DNA of 64,000 bases, taken from contig OZ076412.1 of assembly GCA_964187785.1 (NCBI GenBank), forward strand, positions 31,744,001 to 31,808,000, given 5' to 3'. A program made the translations under genes and the position numbers. Source of the stretch: Amphiscolops sp. MND2022 (taxonomy: Eukaryota). Below are positions 51,472-64,000 of this stretch, one piece after another; within the stretch, counting starts at the first letter, position 1, and the number at the start of each line of letters is the position of its first letter. Under the pieces are notes generated by a model. It was not told the DNA's origin, ran no database searches, and worked only from the letters and a program-made list of their open reading frames with translations.

Positions 51472-51910
51472 AGCGAGGGTGTCCCATCTGAAATGCCGAG
51501 CCCTAGCCCAAGCTCACAGAGATATGAAAAAGTAAAAAAAAATCCTGAGATAGTAGGAATCTTGAAAAAGCAACGACTATCTTCGTTCCGTAAAGAAACC
51601 AGTGCTACTAAAGGACCACACAACCCTTGGTTTGAAACGTTGACCAAGCATCAAGGAAGAGACAATTCCACATATAAAAACCCATTGCCGTCCAAAATCA
51701 AACCAGAAGAACAACGAGCTATTAGATATGCTGTACCACTGCTAAACGCCGAAGACTTCATGCCAGCTCCAGGTATCCTATTGGAAACAAAATGCTGCAG
51801 AAAGTTAGAGTTGCCTGGGTAGTTGATTCACTGCCACAAGCTACTAGCAGCAAGAATAATACATTGGTGGACGTTGGAGTGATAAACATGTCATGTTCAT
51901 CATTTGACAC
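51472..51910 (+). repeat. Possible PPT and 3' LTR of the second Gypsy
   Basis: AGCGAGGG is followed by TGTCCC at 51480. No matching 5' copy was found and the right end is a guess. Confidence 0.25.
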
Positions 51911-52039
51911 AGAGGTGAAGCATTGTTGCGAACTTTTGAAGAAAAAAAAATAGGGAATATCATACGGAGAACCAAGGGTAAAATCACATTGACTTTTCGT
52001 CTTTTTTACAGCGTGAAGAAATTTCCGATACGCATAAAT

Positions 52040-52711
52040 CACGAAAACCATTCTTCTCCAACTGTAAACAGCAGAAAACCCAATTTTCTCAACCAAAAAC
52101 TTTTCTCAAAAAAAGCAGAAAATTGAGGAAACAGAAATTGAGGAAACGTTTCGTTTCTGGTAAAAACTGAAAAGGGCTTCGATGAAACCAAAGTGGAAAA
52201 ATAATTCGCACAAAAAACGCCGGTCTTTGAAAACAAACAAAAATCAGATATAACGTGGTGGGCCTGAGAAAACCTAATTTTAAGACAATAATTCTTCATG
52301 TTGAAAAATCCTACAATGCGGAAAACTATAAACGGAGGTTCTGAGATTTTTTAACATCCTTTTTTTGTAAAACTTCAAAAAAGTTTGATGGGGGACACTT
52401 TGGGAACTTCGAAAAATTTTTGAAAAAAAATTTTTAACAATGCCGAAAGTCTGAAAGAAGGGGCACTTTCGGATTTTTTATATTTGTTCTGTTGCAAAAT
52501 ATCAGAAAAATGAAGGCAGGACCCTTTGGGGACATTAAACAATTTTCAAAAAAAGTCTCACAAAGCCGAAAGGGGGGAGTCTCATAGTTCCGAAAAAAAG
52601 GAAAACCTTCTGCTTCGAAACAGTTGTAAGAAAATGAGCGCCTACGCATGGGTTCGAACACGAACACTTCGGGTTGAAAAGCAAGCATCTTACCACTAGA
52701 CCACTAACGGC
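52040..52711 (-). repeat. tRNA-headed SINE-like repeat (same family as 1-830)
   Basis: A tRNA-like head at 52711-52639 is followed by a GCCGAAA/TTCGGAACTATGAGACT-type body. Confidence 0.6.
52639..52711 (-). pseudogene. tRNA-like sequence (degenerate; SINE head)
   Basis: GCCGTTAGTGGTCTAGTGGTAAGATG...GTTCGAACCC has A-box and B-box. The D-arm pairs, but the acceptor and anticodon stems pair poorly; the loop position reads TTC. Confidence 0.65.
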
Positions 52712-53107
52712 TGAATTTTGCGACTTACGAGCTGAAACCAGAGAGTTGTCGAGCGGGAAAAAAACACCCGCATTTTCCCATAACACTTGCTTATCGCAAG
52801 TGTAAAGACTATTTTTAGGTGACCTGCAAAGCCTTTAGTCTAGCAGCCACCGAAACCATCCCTTCTCCACTCGTACTCGTTTCTGAGACGTTTATTGGTC
52901 GCTGAAATACTTCGGCCAGGACACCAGCGACTAACAGAAGTCTTCATGACAGATGAAGTATCCTCTTACGTCAATGTGATGAAGAACGTGCTGCGCCTTG
53001 CTCAAAGGAAAAAACTTACACCAGGAGTGATCTCTGTCTCTGCCCCGGTCTTGTACCCTGCCTAGGTCCTCTATCGCAATTTCACTACCTGGTGACTGAG
53101 ACAGCGT

Positions 53108-56100
53108 TTTGTGATGAGACATTTGCAGATCGATGTGAGGAAAATGACCTAAAATGCCCCCAAATTCAAAAACGTCATTTTTCCCCAATTTTTGAGACTT
53201 TTAAGGACTTTTGATAAAAATGTAGGAACAATTTGTCTCAGTCAAGGCTTCACTTAGCTTCAGACAAAGTATCGAGTGATGAAAGTCATTTTGAAAAAAT
53301 ACTTCAGAATGGCAAAAGAGTACTCAAAAAGCTAATAATTTCTCTTTCTTTGGAACCTCCATACAATTTTGAGCTTTTTGTAACCTACTGACAAATCGTT
53401 CGACGATAAAAAAAGTGGTATCCAGTAAAACTTGCTCAAAATATACCTGCAATAAACTTTAGAAAAATATCTCAACTGACCAAATTAGTGGGAAAGATCA
53501 AACTTTGCAAGATTTTGCGGTCTTTCTGCAAGTGTCTGTAAACATTTCAGATACAGTTGGTGGGTTCAAATGGTGTAAATTTTCAGCAACAATCAGACGT
53601 TGTATCCTGTCTGTGTTTCGGAGAAGTGATTGCACCAGTAAGAGAGGAGCTTGAATCGAAATGGACACAAAAAGGTCAAAAACCTCGAACTGTTTTTTCT
53701 CTGAAGTTTTTCGCAAGACTTGTGAAGTATCCGTGAGAAGACACTGACGAATAGCAAAGTTCATCAGTGGAAGTCATTTGGATGAGACATTTGCAGATCG
53801 ATGTGAGAAAAGTGACATAAAGCGCCCCCAAATTAAAAAAAAATCATTTTTCTTCAAATTTTGAAATTTTTATTGACTTTTGATGCAAACGTAGGAACAT
53901 TCTGTCGCAGCGAAGGTTTCACAAGCTTCAGACAAAGTATCGAATAATTGCCCTTCTTAAAAAGATGATTGCAGTTTTTCAGTTGGAAACAAACTTCAAA
54001 ACGATCAAGAGTACTCACAAAAAAGCCTAACATTTCTTTTTCTCTGAAAACTCCATAAAATTTTGAGCTTCTTTTGACCTAAGGACAAATTGTTTTTACA
54101 ATAACAAGGTGACATTCAGTAGAATTGTCTCAAATTATACCTGCAACAAACATAAGAAAAATATCTCAACTGACCAAATTAGTCGGAAAGTTCAAACTTT
54201 ACAACTTTTGTGTTCTTTCTGCAAGTGTCTGTAAACATTTCAGATACAGTTGGTGGGTTAGAATGGTGTAAACATTCAGCAACAATCACACGTTGTATCC
54301 TGTCTGCGTTTCGGAGAAGTCATTGCACCAGTGTGAGAGGAGTGTGCATCAAAATGACCACAAAAAAGTCAAAACCCTCAAACTGTTTTTTTCTCTCAAG
54401 TTTTTCGCAAGACTTGTGAAGTTTCCCTGAGAAGACACTGAAGAATAGCAAGGTTCATCAGTGGAAGTCTTTTTAGATGAGACATTTGCAAATCGATGTG
54501 AGGAAAATGACCTAAAATGCCCCCAAATTCAAAAACATCATTTTTCCTCAGGTTTTGAAATTTTCATTCACTTTTGATGCAAACGTAGGAACATTCTGTC
54601 GCAGTGAAGGTTTCACAAGCTAAAAACAAAGTATCGAGTGATGAAGTGCATTTTTTTCAAAAGAAGCTTGCAGTTTTTAAGTTGGCAAATTACTTCAGAT
54701 TGACGAAGAGTACTCAATTTGCAACAAATTTCTTTCTCTGGAAACTCCATACAAATTTGAGCTTTTTGTGACCTACGGACAAATCGTTCGACGATAACAA
54801 AGTGGTATCCAGTAAATCTTTCTCAAAATATACCTGCAATAATTTTTAGAAAAATATCTCAACTGACCAAATTAATGGGAAAGTTCAAACTTTGCAAGAT
54901 TTTGCGGTCTTTCTGCAAGTGTCTGTAAACATTTCAGATACAGTTGGTGGGTTAAAATGGTGTAAATTTTCAGCAACAATCAGACGTTGTATCCTGTCTG
55001 CGTTTCGGAGAAGTCATTGCACCAGTAAGAGAGGAGCGTGAATCGAAATGGACACAAAAAGGTCGAAAACCTCGAACTGTTTTTTCTCTGAAGTTTTTCG
55101 CAAGACTTGTGAAGTATCCGTGAGAAGACACTGACGAATAGCAAAGTTCATCAGTGGAAGTCTTTTTGGATGAGACATTTGCAGATCGATGTGAGAAAAG
55201 TGACATAAAGCGCCCCCAAATTAAAAAAAAATCATTTTTCGTCAAGTTTTGAAATTTTTATTGACTTTTGATGCAAACGTAGGAACATTCTGTCGCAGCG
55301 AAGGTTTCACAAGCTTCAGACAAAGTATCGAATGATTGCCCTTCTTAAAAAGATGATTGCAGTTTTTCAGTTGGAAACAAACTTCAAAACGATCAAGAGT
55401 ACTCACAAAATAGCCTAACATTTCTTTTTCTCTGAAAACTCCATAAAATTTTGAGCTTCTTTTTACCTAAGGACAAATTGTTTTTACAATAACAACGTGA
55501 TATTCAGTAGAATTTTCTCAAAATATACCTGCAATAAACATAAGATAAATATCTCAACTAACCAAATTATTCGGAAAGTTCAAACTTTACAACTTTTGTG
55601 TTCTTTCTGCAAGTGTCTGTAAACATTTCAGATACAGTTGGTGGGTTAGAATGGTGTAAACATTCAGCAACAATCACACGTTGTATCCTGTCTGCGTTTC
55701 GGAGAAGTCATTGCACCAGTGTGAGCGGAGCGTGCATCAAAATGACCACAAAAAAGTCAAAACCCTCAAACTGTCTTTTTCTCTCAAGTTTTTCGCAAGA
55801 CTTGTGAAGTTTCCCTGAGAAGACACTGAAGAATAGCAAGGTTCATCAGTGGAAGACTTTTTAGATGAGACATTTGCAAATCGATGTGAGGAAAATGACC
55901 TAAAATGCCCCCAAATTCAAAAACATCATTTTTCCTCAGGTTTTGAAATTTTCATTCACTTTTGATGCAAACGTAGGAACATTCTGTCGCAGTGAAGGTT
56001 TCACAAGCTAAAAACAAAGTATCGAGTGATGAAGTGCATTTTTTCAAAAGAAACTTGCAGTTTTTAAGTTGGAAAATTACTTCAGATTGACGAAGAGTAC

Positions 56101-59100
56101 TCAATTTGCAACAAATTTCTTTCTCTGGAAACTCCATACAAATTTGAGCTTTTTGTGACCTACGGACAAATCGTTCGACGATAACAAAGTGGTATCCAGT
56201 AAAACTTTCTCAAAATATACCTGCAATAATTTTTAGAAAAATATCTCAACTGACCAAATTAATGGGAAAGTTCAAATTTTGCAAGATTTTGCGGTCTTTC
56301 TGCAAATGTCTGTACACATTTCAGATACAGTTGGTGGGTTAGAATGGTGTAAATTTTCAGCAACAGTCAAACGTTGTATCCTGTCTTCGTTTCGGAGAAG
56401 TCATTGCACCAGTATGAGAGGACCGTGAATCGAAATGGACACAAAAAGGTCAAAAACCTCGAACTGTTTTTTCTCTGAAGTTTTTCGCAACTTGTGAAGT
56501 ATCCGTGAGAAGACACTGACGAATAGCAAAGTTCATCAGTGGAAGTCTTTTTGGATGAGACATTTGCAGATCGATGTGAGAAAAGTGACATAAAGCGCCC
56601 CCAAATTGAAAAAAAAAAACATTTTTCTTCAGGTTTTGAAGTTTTTATTGACTTTTGATGCAAACGTAGGAACATTCTGTCGTAGCGAAGGTTTCACAAG
56701 CTTCAGACAAAGTATCGAATAATTGCCCTTCTTAAAAAGATGATTGCAGTTTTTCAGTTGGAAACAAACATCAAAACGATCAAGAGTACTCACAAAAAAG
56801 CCTAACATTTCTTTTTCTCTGAAAACTCCATAAAATTTTGAGCTTCTTTTCACCTAAGGACAAATTGTTTTTACAATAACAACGTGATATTCAGTAGAAT
56901 TTTCTCAAAATATACCTGCAATAAACATAAGATAAATATCTCAACTAACCAAATTATTCGGAAAGTTCAAACTTTACAACTTTTGTGTTCTTTCTGCAAG
57001 TGTCTGTAAACATTTCAGATACAGTTGGTGGGTTAGAATGGTGTAAACATTCAGCAACAATCACACGTTGTATCCTGTCTGCGTTTCGGAGAAGTCATTG
57101 CACCAGTGTGAGCGGAGCGTGCATCAAAATGACCACAAAAAAGTCAAAACCCTCAAACTGTCTTTTTCTCTCAAGTTTTTCGCAAGACTTGTGAAGTTTC
57201 CCTGAGAAGACACTGAAGAATAGCAAGGTTCATCAGTGGAAGACTTTTTAGATGAGACATTTGCAAATCGATGTGAGGAAAATGACCTAAAATGCCCCCA
57301 AATTCAAAAACATCATTTTTCCTCAGGTTTTGAAATTTTCATTCACTTTTGATGCAAACGTAGGAACCTTCTGTCGCAGTGAAGGTTTCACAAGCTAAAA
57401 ACAAAGTATCGAGTGATGAAGTGCATTTTTGCAAAAGAAACTTGCAGTTTTTAAGTTGGAAAATTACTTCAGATTGTCGAAGAGTACTCAATTTGCAACA
57501 AAATTCTTTACCTGGAAACTCCATACAATTTTGAGCTTTTTGTGACCTACGGACAAATCGTTCGACGATAACAAAGTGGTATCCAGTAAAACTTTCTCAA
57601 AATATACCTGCAATAATTTTTAGAAAAATATCTCAACTGACCAAATTAATGGGAAAGTTCAAATTTTGCAAGATTTTGCGGTCTTTCTGCAAATGTCTGT
57701 ACACATTTCAGATACAGTTGGTGGGTTAGAATGGTGTAAATTTTCAGCAACAGTCAAACGTTGTATCCTGTCTTCGTTTCGGAGAAGTCATTGCACCAGT
57801 ATGAGAGGACCGTGAATCGAAATGGACACAAAAAGGTCAAAAACCTCGAACTGTTTTTTCTCTGAAGTTTTTCGCAACTTGTGAAGTATCCGTGAGAAGA
57901 CACTGACGAATAGCAAAGTTCATCAGTGGAAGTCTTTTTGGATGAGACATTTGCAGATCGATGTGAGAAAAGTGACATAAAGCGCCCCCAAATTGAAAAA
58001 AAAAAACATTTTTCTTCAGGTTTTGAAGTTTTTATTGACTTTTGATGCAAACGTAGGAACATTCTGTCGTAGCGAAGGTTTCACAAGCTTCAGACAAAGT
58101 ATCGAATAATTGCCCTTCTTAAAAAGATGATTGCAGTTTTTCAGTTGGAAACAAACTTCAAAACGATCAAGAGTACTCACAAAAAAGCCTAACATTTCTT
58201 TTTCTCTGAAAACTCCATAAAATTTTGAGCTTCTTTTCACCTAAGGACAAATTGTTTTTACAATAAAAACGTGATATTCAGTAGAATTTTCTCAAAATAT
58301 ACCTGCAATAAACATAAGAAAATTATCTCAACTAACCAAATTTTTCGGAAAATTCAAACTTTACAACTTTTGTGTTCTTTCTGCAAGTGTCTGTAAACAT
58401 TTCAGATACAGTTGGTGGGTTAGAATGGTGTGAACATTCAGCAACAATCACACGTTGTATCCTGTCTGCGTTTCGGAGAAGTCATTGCACCAGTGTGAGA
58501 GGAGCGTGCATCAAAATGACCACAAAATAGTCAAAACCCTCAAACTGTTTTTTTCTCTCAAGATTTTCGCAAGACTTGTGAAGTTTCCCTGAGAAGACAC
58601 TGAAGAATTGCAAGGTTCATCAGTGGAAGACTTTTTAGATGAGACATTTGCAAATCGATGTGAGGAAAATGACCTAAAATGCCCCCAAATTCAAAAACAT
58701 CATTTTTCCTCAGGTTTTGAAATTTTCATTCACTTTTGATGCAAACGTAGGAACCTTCTGTCGCAGTGAAGGTTTCACAAGCTAAAAACAAAGTATCGAG
58801 TGATGAAGTGCATTTTTGCAAAAGAAACTTGCAGTTTTTAAGTTGGAAAATTACTTCAGATTGTCGAAGAGTACTCAATTTGCAACAAAATTCTTTACCT
58901 GGAAACTCCATACAATTTTGAGCTTTTTGTGACCTACGGACAAATCGTTCGACGATAACAAAGTGGTATCCAGTAAAACTTTCTCAAAATATACCTGCAA
59001 TAATTTTTAGAAAAATATCTCAACTGACCAAATTAATGGGAAAGTTCAAACTTTGCAAGATTTTGCGGTCTTTCTGCAAGTGTCTGTAAACATTTCAGAT

Positions 59101-59720
59101 ACAGTTGGTGGGTTAGAATGGTGTAAATTTTCAGCAACAGTCAGACGTTGTATCCTGTCTTCGTTTCGGAGATGTCATTGCACCAGTATGAGAGGAGCGT
59201 GAATCGAAATGGACACAAAAAGGTCAAAAACCTCGAACTGTTTTTTCTCTGAAGTTTTTCCCAAGACTTGTGAAGTATCTTCAAATACTTCAAAATACTT
59301 CAAAACGACCAAGTGTACTCAAAAAGCTAAAGTTTTCCTTTTTGAAAACTCCATACAAGTTTGAGCATTTTTCTGACCTATAAAAACAAATCGTTCGACG
59401 ACAAAACGTGTTATCCAGTAGATTTTCCCAAAAACTCACTTGCAATAAACATTAGTAAAATATCACAATAATTTGAACGGAAAACTCAAACTTTACAACT
59501 TTTGTGATCTTTCTGCAATTGTCTGTAAACATATCAGATACAGTTGGTGGGTTTGAATGGTGTAAACATTCAGCAACAATCAGACGTTGTATTCAGTCTA
59601 CGTTTCGGACGAGTCATCTGAACTAGTTAGAGAAAAGAGTACATCAAAATGACCCAAAAAAGTTCAAAACTATCGAACTAATTCTTTCTCAGAAGTTTTG
59701 CCGACGATTTGTGAAGTATT
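53108..59720 (+). repeat. Tandem satellite, ~693-bp monomer in ~1387-bp A/B dimers
   Basis: The anchor GATGAGACATTTGCA occurs at 53113, 53781, 54476, 55169, 55864, 56554, 57251, 57941 and 58638. Identical ORF translations recur at a 1387-bp lag (55598/56985, 56367/57754, 57339/58726). The ends are degenerate. Confidence 0.97.
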
Positions 59721-60153
59721 CGAAGAAATTGGTGGGTTAGGAGGATCCAAAGTTACAGAGACGAAATATGCTAGTTAACCAGTAACAATAGGGCATTTTT
59801 GATGAGATAAAGGCAGTCTTTTTGGAACCGCTACTAAACCAAAACAATAAAATCGCAGGTTTTGGACAAGTTGGTCCCAACTGTTCGTTCAATTCAGAAA
59901 ATTGTTAGTGATCAAAATTTCAATTGACCTGAACGTTGGAACCGTAAGCTAATTAGCCTTGTTCAATACGCACCTGAGGAGTTGTAAGTGGTACACATGA
60001 CAACAAATGTGTTCCAAAAATTCCAAACTTTCAACCATAACCATGCAGTTTTGACTATTGTTGCGTTTCTCCTAGTTTAGAACCTCCAACAGGCTCAGTA
60101 AAGAAAGCCTTAGCCATCAGCACTAGTTTCGAAGACGAATTGAACACATTTAT

Positions 60154-63100
60154 TGTGACATACATGACATGCAACCGAGTTGCATAGTTTACGCCTACCG
60201 ACACGAGACAATGGACTGTTGACCGACAACCTTTATTTTCCTGTCATTTATGTTAATTCGCAGCAGTTGCTGTTTGTACCATTGAAACAGGTGTATATCT
60301 TTGTTTTAACCCTAGAATTTCCGATTACAAAATGGCGCTGTGGGCAAGATTTATTTTTAGCCGCATGATAGTAATTTTATCCAACAAAGAAACAATGACA
60401 GCAATAATCAACAACACACAACTACCCTGCCTCTGAGAAGACATCGGACGTGACTCTGAAAATTTCTACACTGTAAATGAAAGTTCCAAACGACTACGGC
60501 AGTGCATCAAACGCGTCTACAATCATGGCAAAAAAACCGGCTTCATTCGGAGAAACAATTCAAACATGTACCAGATGGACGGAGAAAGACCCCGAAATAA
60601 GACAAGATTTTATTGGGTTAGCCGGCCCATCAGCCATCAAACTATCACGAAAGGCGAGTTCAACTCAGATCCTGACACCATCATACAGAAAAACTGATAC
60701 CACTATTTAAAGATTACTATATGCCCAAACGAGAAACTTTCCACAGTCGTTTGGATTTCTTCGGGCAAAACAAACAAGAAGAAAACGAAGCCCCGGAAGA
60801 ACACTGGCGAAAACTAGTAACTTTGGAACAAAATTGTGAATTCAGTGTCATCAAACAAGACAACCTACCCAAAGTTCATCACCAGCATTATCGAGAAAAA
60901 ATTACGGGCGAAAATATTCCTCGCAAAAACATTAAACCTCAATACCACCATGGACTTAGTACCAACTTAGTACCACGACAGCTACGAAGGACGACATGAA
61001 CAATCAACAATACCAAGGGCTTGTGTAAAAACAGATATATGCGGACAACAAAAATGGACACCACTACACAAGTGCCGTCGAAAACGGTAGAAAGTGAAAA
61101 TTGCCACGAAGTAGGACATTTCGCAAATGTTTGCCGCAGCAAAACAGACTACAAAAAGAAAAAGAATGAATTCTCACGAAAAAACCAACAACGAGAAGGA
61201 AGACATTGAACCCAAAGAATACCAACAATTAACCCAAATCAATTGAGTACTACCAATCAAAAGCGACCTTCACGGAATCAACCTGAAAATAAACGGAAAG
61301 TACCTGAATTTAACCATCGTTACCGGGTCCCTGGTCACAATCATATCCAATGACCCGACATTATACAAATAGGAAGACATCCAACTTTTGAAAGAAGTAC
61401 AAAAACGAAATCAGTTTCCTGGGAAAAACATGGGTAAACATAGAACACAACCACGAATCCACAAAACTGCTACTGCTAATTACACCAAGAAACGACATCA
61501 CACCACAACTGGGTGCGAACTGGCTGAAACAATTTCGATCAACCTAAGAAATATCCTACTGGAAGAAAACGCCCACTAATCAAAAGCCATCCACACAAAG
61601 TTGAATAAACTATTCAAATCTAACCATACAGTCAAAAATACAGAAGTAAGAATCCAAATGCAACCAGGATGCTACTCAACCCAACAGAAAACCAGACGAA
61701 ACAAAACTACCAAAAAAAACGTTAAAAAGAACTGTATCAATTAATGTAATCCGGACACATGGAAAGACTGAAACCATCAGAAATGATTGCTTCGTATCAC
61801 ACGTAGTATTTGCGGTCAAAAAAGGTAACACAATACAAATTGCACTGGATGCCGGGAAATTTATCCCAAGTTGCATAAACAAGGGATCACACATGCCGAA
61901 CATGAAGGAATTTTTAAACCAAATCTCCGCCAAACTATAAACAAATTAAAGACGACCCAATCTGGATGTGCAAATAGATCTCGACAATGCACTCGGACTA
62001 AGGAAACTAGCACTAAGAAAAAGCAAACATTGCAATTCTCCGTGGCAGGCAAAAATATCAAAGGATAAATATCAATGCCCAAAGGGATTGTCCGGACGCG
62101 CCGACATTCCGACAATTTTTGAAGACAAAATAAACAAAACACTTCGACGCCAAACAACCGTATGGCTATACGACGTCAGTGTCATGACCCGAGGAGTCAA
62201 ATGAGAACTTACCTGATTACTATATTCGGTCTTAACTGGACTAGAAAACAAAGGCTACAAAGCAATTAAAAATAAGTCGAAATTATACAAAAATAACAAT
62301 TGCGCTCGGACACACAATTTCACATGACCGAATCAGACCCAACACAGAAAAAACAGACACCATAAATAAACTGGAACACTCGACAAACACCAAAATGCTA
62401 ACATCGTTTCTCGGGGCCCTTCAAAAATTTCGTACCGAACGTTTCCGAAAAACACTGACAACATGAGATGGCCACTAAAACAAGAAACAAAATGGGACTG
62501 GGCAGAATATCGCAACGCAGATTTCAACAAAAAACGAAAACTGTGCCCACTACAACGGCAACAAGGAAAACATTGTAACTACAGAGGCATGCAAGACCGG
62601 CGTCGGAGTAGAACTTTGGACTGAAACCCATTGAATTTGCCGGCTGTTACCTCAATAAAGCAGGAATGAGAATTTCACTCATCGAACTGAAAAAACTGGC
62701 CGTGGTATGGGGGCTCGAACAATTCCGATTCCATCTATACGGTGAACAGGTCGAAATTTTTTCCGACTACCAAGCACTCGAAACGCTTCTAAAAAGAAAC
62801 AAAATCAACAACCGAAACAGTGCAAACTTTACACGATGGCTAGGTAAGCAAAACCGTTTCGATATCAGCCTGAAACAAACGGCTGGAAAAGAGAATAAAT
62901 TCACAGACATCATTAGCTGTAAATATGGCGGCAACCCGGATCAGCAAAAAATAACAAAGAAGCGTTCCTGATAAACGTCATCGCGTGTCATCGGTAAATA
63001 TCCCTATTGGACAGGTTTTCGACGTCGCGAACGCGGACAACAAAACTAATATGCTTGATACGCACGCGCTAATTGATACGCGATGCTACCAACCAGACAA

Positions 63101-64000
63101 AAGCCATAATGATTTTAACTACTCTACACTATAGCTGCATACAGATATACTCATAGCAAACATTTCAACAATGAATAACAACAATGAAGACAATCAAAAC
63201 GTTCGATTCTTCCGAATAAACGGACTTTAACGTTACCACTGGGAAGCAGCTATTGAAATTATGGCCTTTTCCAAAGAAGTGACAAATCGCCGGAAACTAC
63301 GAAACTGGTAAAAAGAAGAAAGGAACTGGCGAGACCAGGAGCAATGAGGACAAGGTGGAACAAAAACCTGAGCAAATCAAAGAAAAAGAGAATTCTTCCT
63401 ACCAAGAAGACCAGAAAAAGAAGAAAAAAGGGTAGTCCACCACCCACAATCCAAAACAAAAGAAGAGACGAGAGAAGCGCATACAGGCAGCGGCTACTTC
63501 AGACACTTCGCAGATGAATAACCAAGGCCCCAAGAACAAGAACAAGCCAAGAGAGACACCGAATTCACGGTGTCGAGAAAATTCGAAACACTGGTAACGA
63601 CGCACGAACCAGGAGCATGACCAGCCATACCAGTACACGACTGACGATACCGGAAAATGCGGAAATAGCTGTCCACTACGTGGTAGAAACAACAGCCGTC
63701 AGAAAAAAAAACAATAAAAGGTCGACGTCAGATCAGCCGAACGATATTTTGTTAGATCAAGACACTTCCATGAACAAAACGGCCGCTGACCCGGACCTCA
63801 TCGAACCAAACTGCTGCCTCGAAGACAACAACATCAGTCAAATATCTAACGAATACAAGACCCTAGCAAAGAAACTTACCCATCGATGGGGGTATCGTAA
63901 TGGTGCACGACCGAATCATAGTGCCAAAAACACTACGATACGCAGCCTTTAACGCCCTACATTTCGGTCATCCAGAGATAGACAAAACAAAAAGTGAATT
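60154..64000 (+). mobile_element. Decayed Ty3/Gypsy-like element (short LTR, PBS, gag, protease, RT, RNase H, start of integrase), truncated by the window end
   Basis: Gag PKRETFHSRLDFF...EEHWRKLVTLEQNC; knuckle (S)ENCHEVGHFANVC; protease relic IVTGSLVTI; RT ADIPTIF...WLYD; RNase H LAVVWGLEQFRFHLYG...SDYQAL; integrase start DRIIVPKTLR...LHFGHP at ~63910-63980. Confidence 0.85.
60333..60349 (+). promoter_or_regulatory. Primer-binding site, tRNA-Ser-like
   Basis: TGGCGCTGTGGGCAAGA lies 3 nt after a putative LTR end (TGTGAC at 60154 ... ATTACA at 60329). It matches the complement of animal tRNA-Ser(CGA) 3' ends (TGGCGCTGTGAGCAGGA) at 15/17. Confidence 0.7.

Noticed and set aside
52639-52711. 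Functional tRNA-Glu gene
   Set aside because: The acceptor and anticodon stems do not pair, and it is attached to a repeat body.
52810-53100. Coding-like plus-strand stretch (FLRRLLVAEILRPGHQRL...)
   Set aside because: It is frameshifted, has stops and is isolated between a SINE-like repeat and the satellite, so it cannot be assigned.
54210-58911. Repeated 60-100 aa ORFs as a tandem gene family
   Set aside because: They recur only because the DNA is a satellite. They lie on both strands, are broken by indels between monomer types, and carry no motifs.

Overview
Repeat-rich, AT-rich eukaryotic (animal-like) genomic DNA: GT-AG spliced genes, a nuclear receptor and retroelements, with no prokaryotic features. 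Main contents: (1) a divergent nuclear-receptor gene on the minus strand at about 3.6-5.6 kb; (2) three decayed APE-RT LINE relics; (3) a complete 14,369-bp Ty3/Gypsy element at 9110-23478, with ~1.16-kb LTRs, a GGAAC target-site duplication, a PPT and inactivated gag-pol. It carries ~6 kb of cargo holding intron-containing antisense genes, the largest resembling a BED-finger/hAT-transposase-derived protein. This is the strongest novelty candidate; (4) a rearranged cluster (~23.8-35.1 kb) of decayed copies of an unidentified protein-coding element; (5) a second, badly decayed Gypsy (~41-51.9 kb) with an accessory macrodomain-like ORF; (6) a ~693-bp satellite organised as a ~1387-bp dimer (53.1-59.7 kb); (7) a third Gypsy relic running off the right end. 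Protein family calls come from motif recognition by eye, not from database searches. Most short ORFs in the supplied track are shadows of these elements or spurious.
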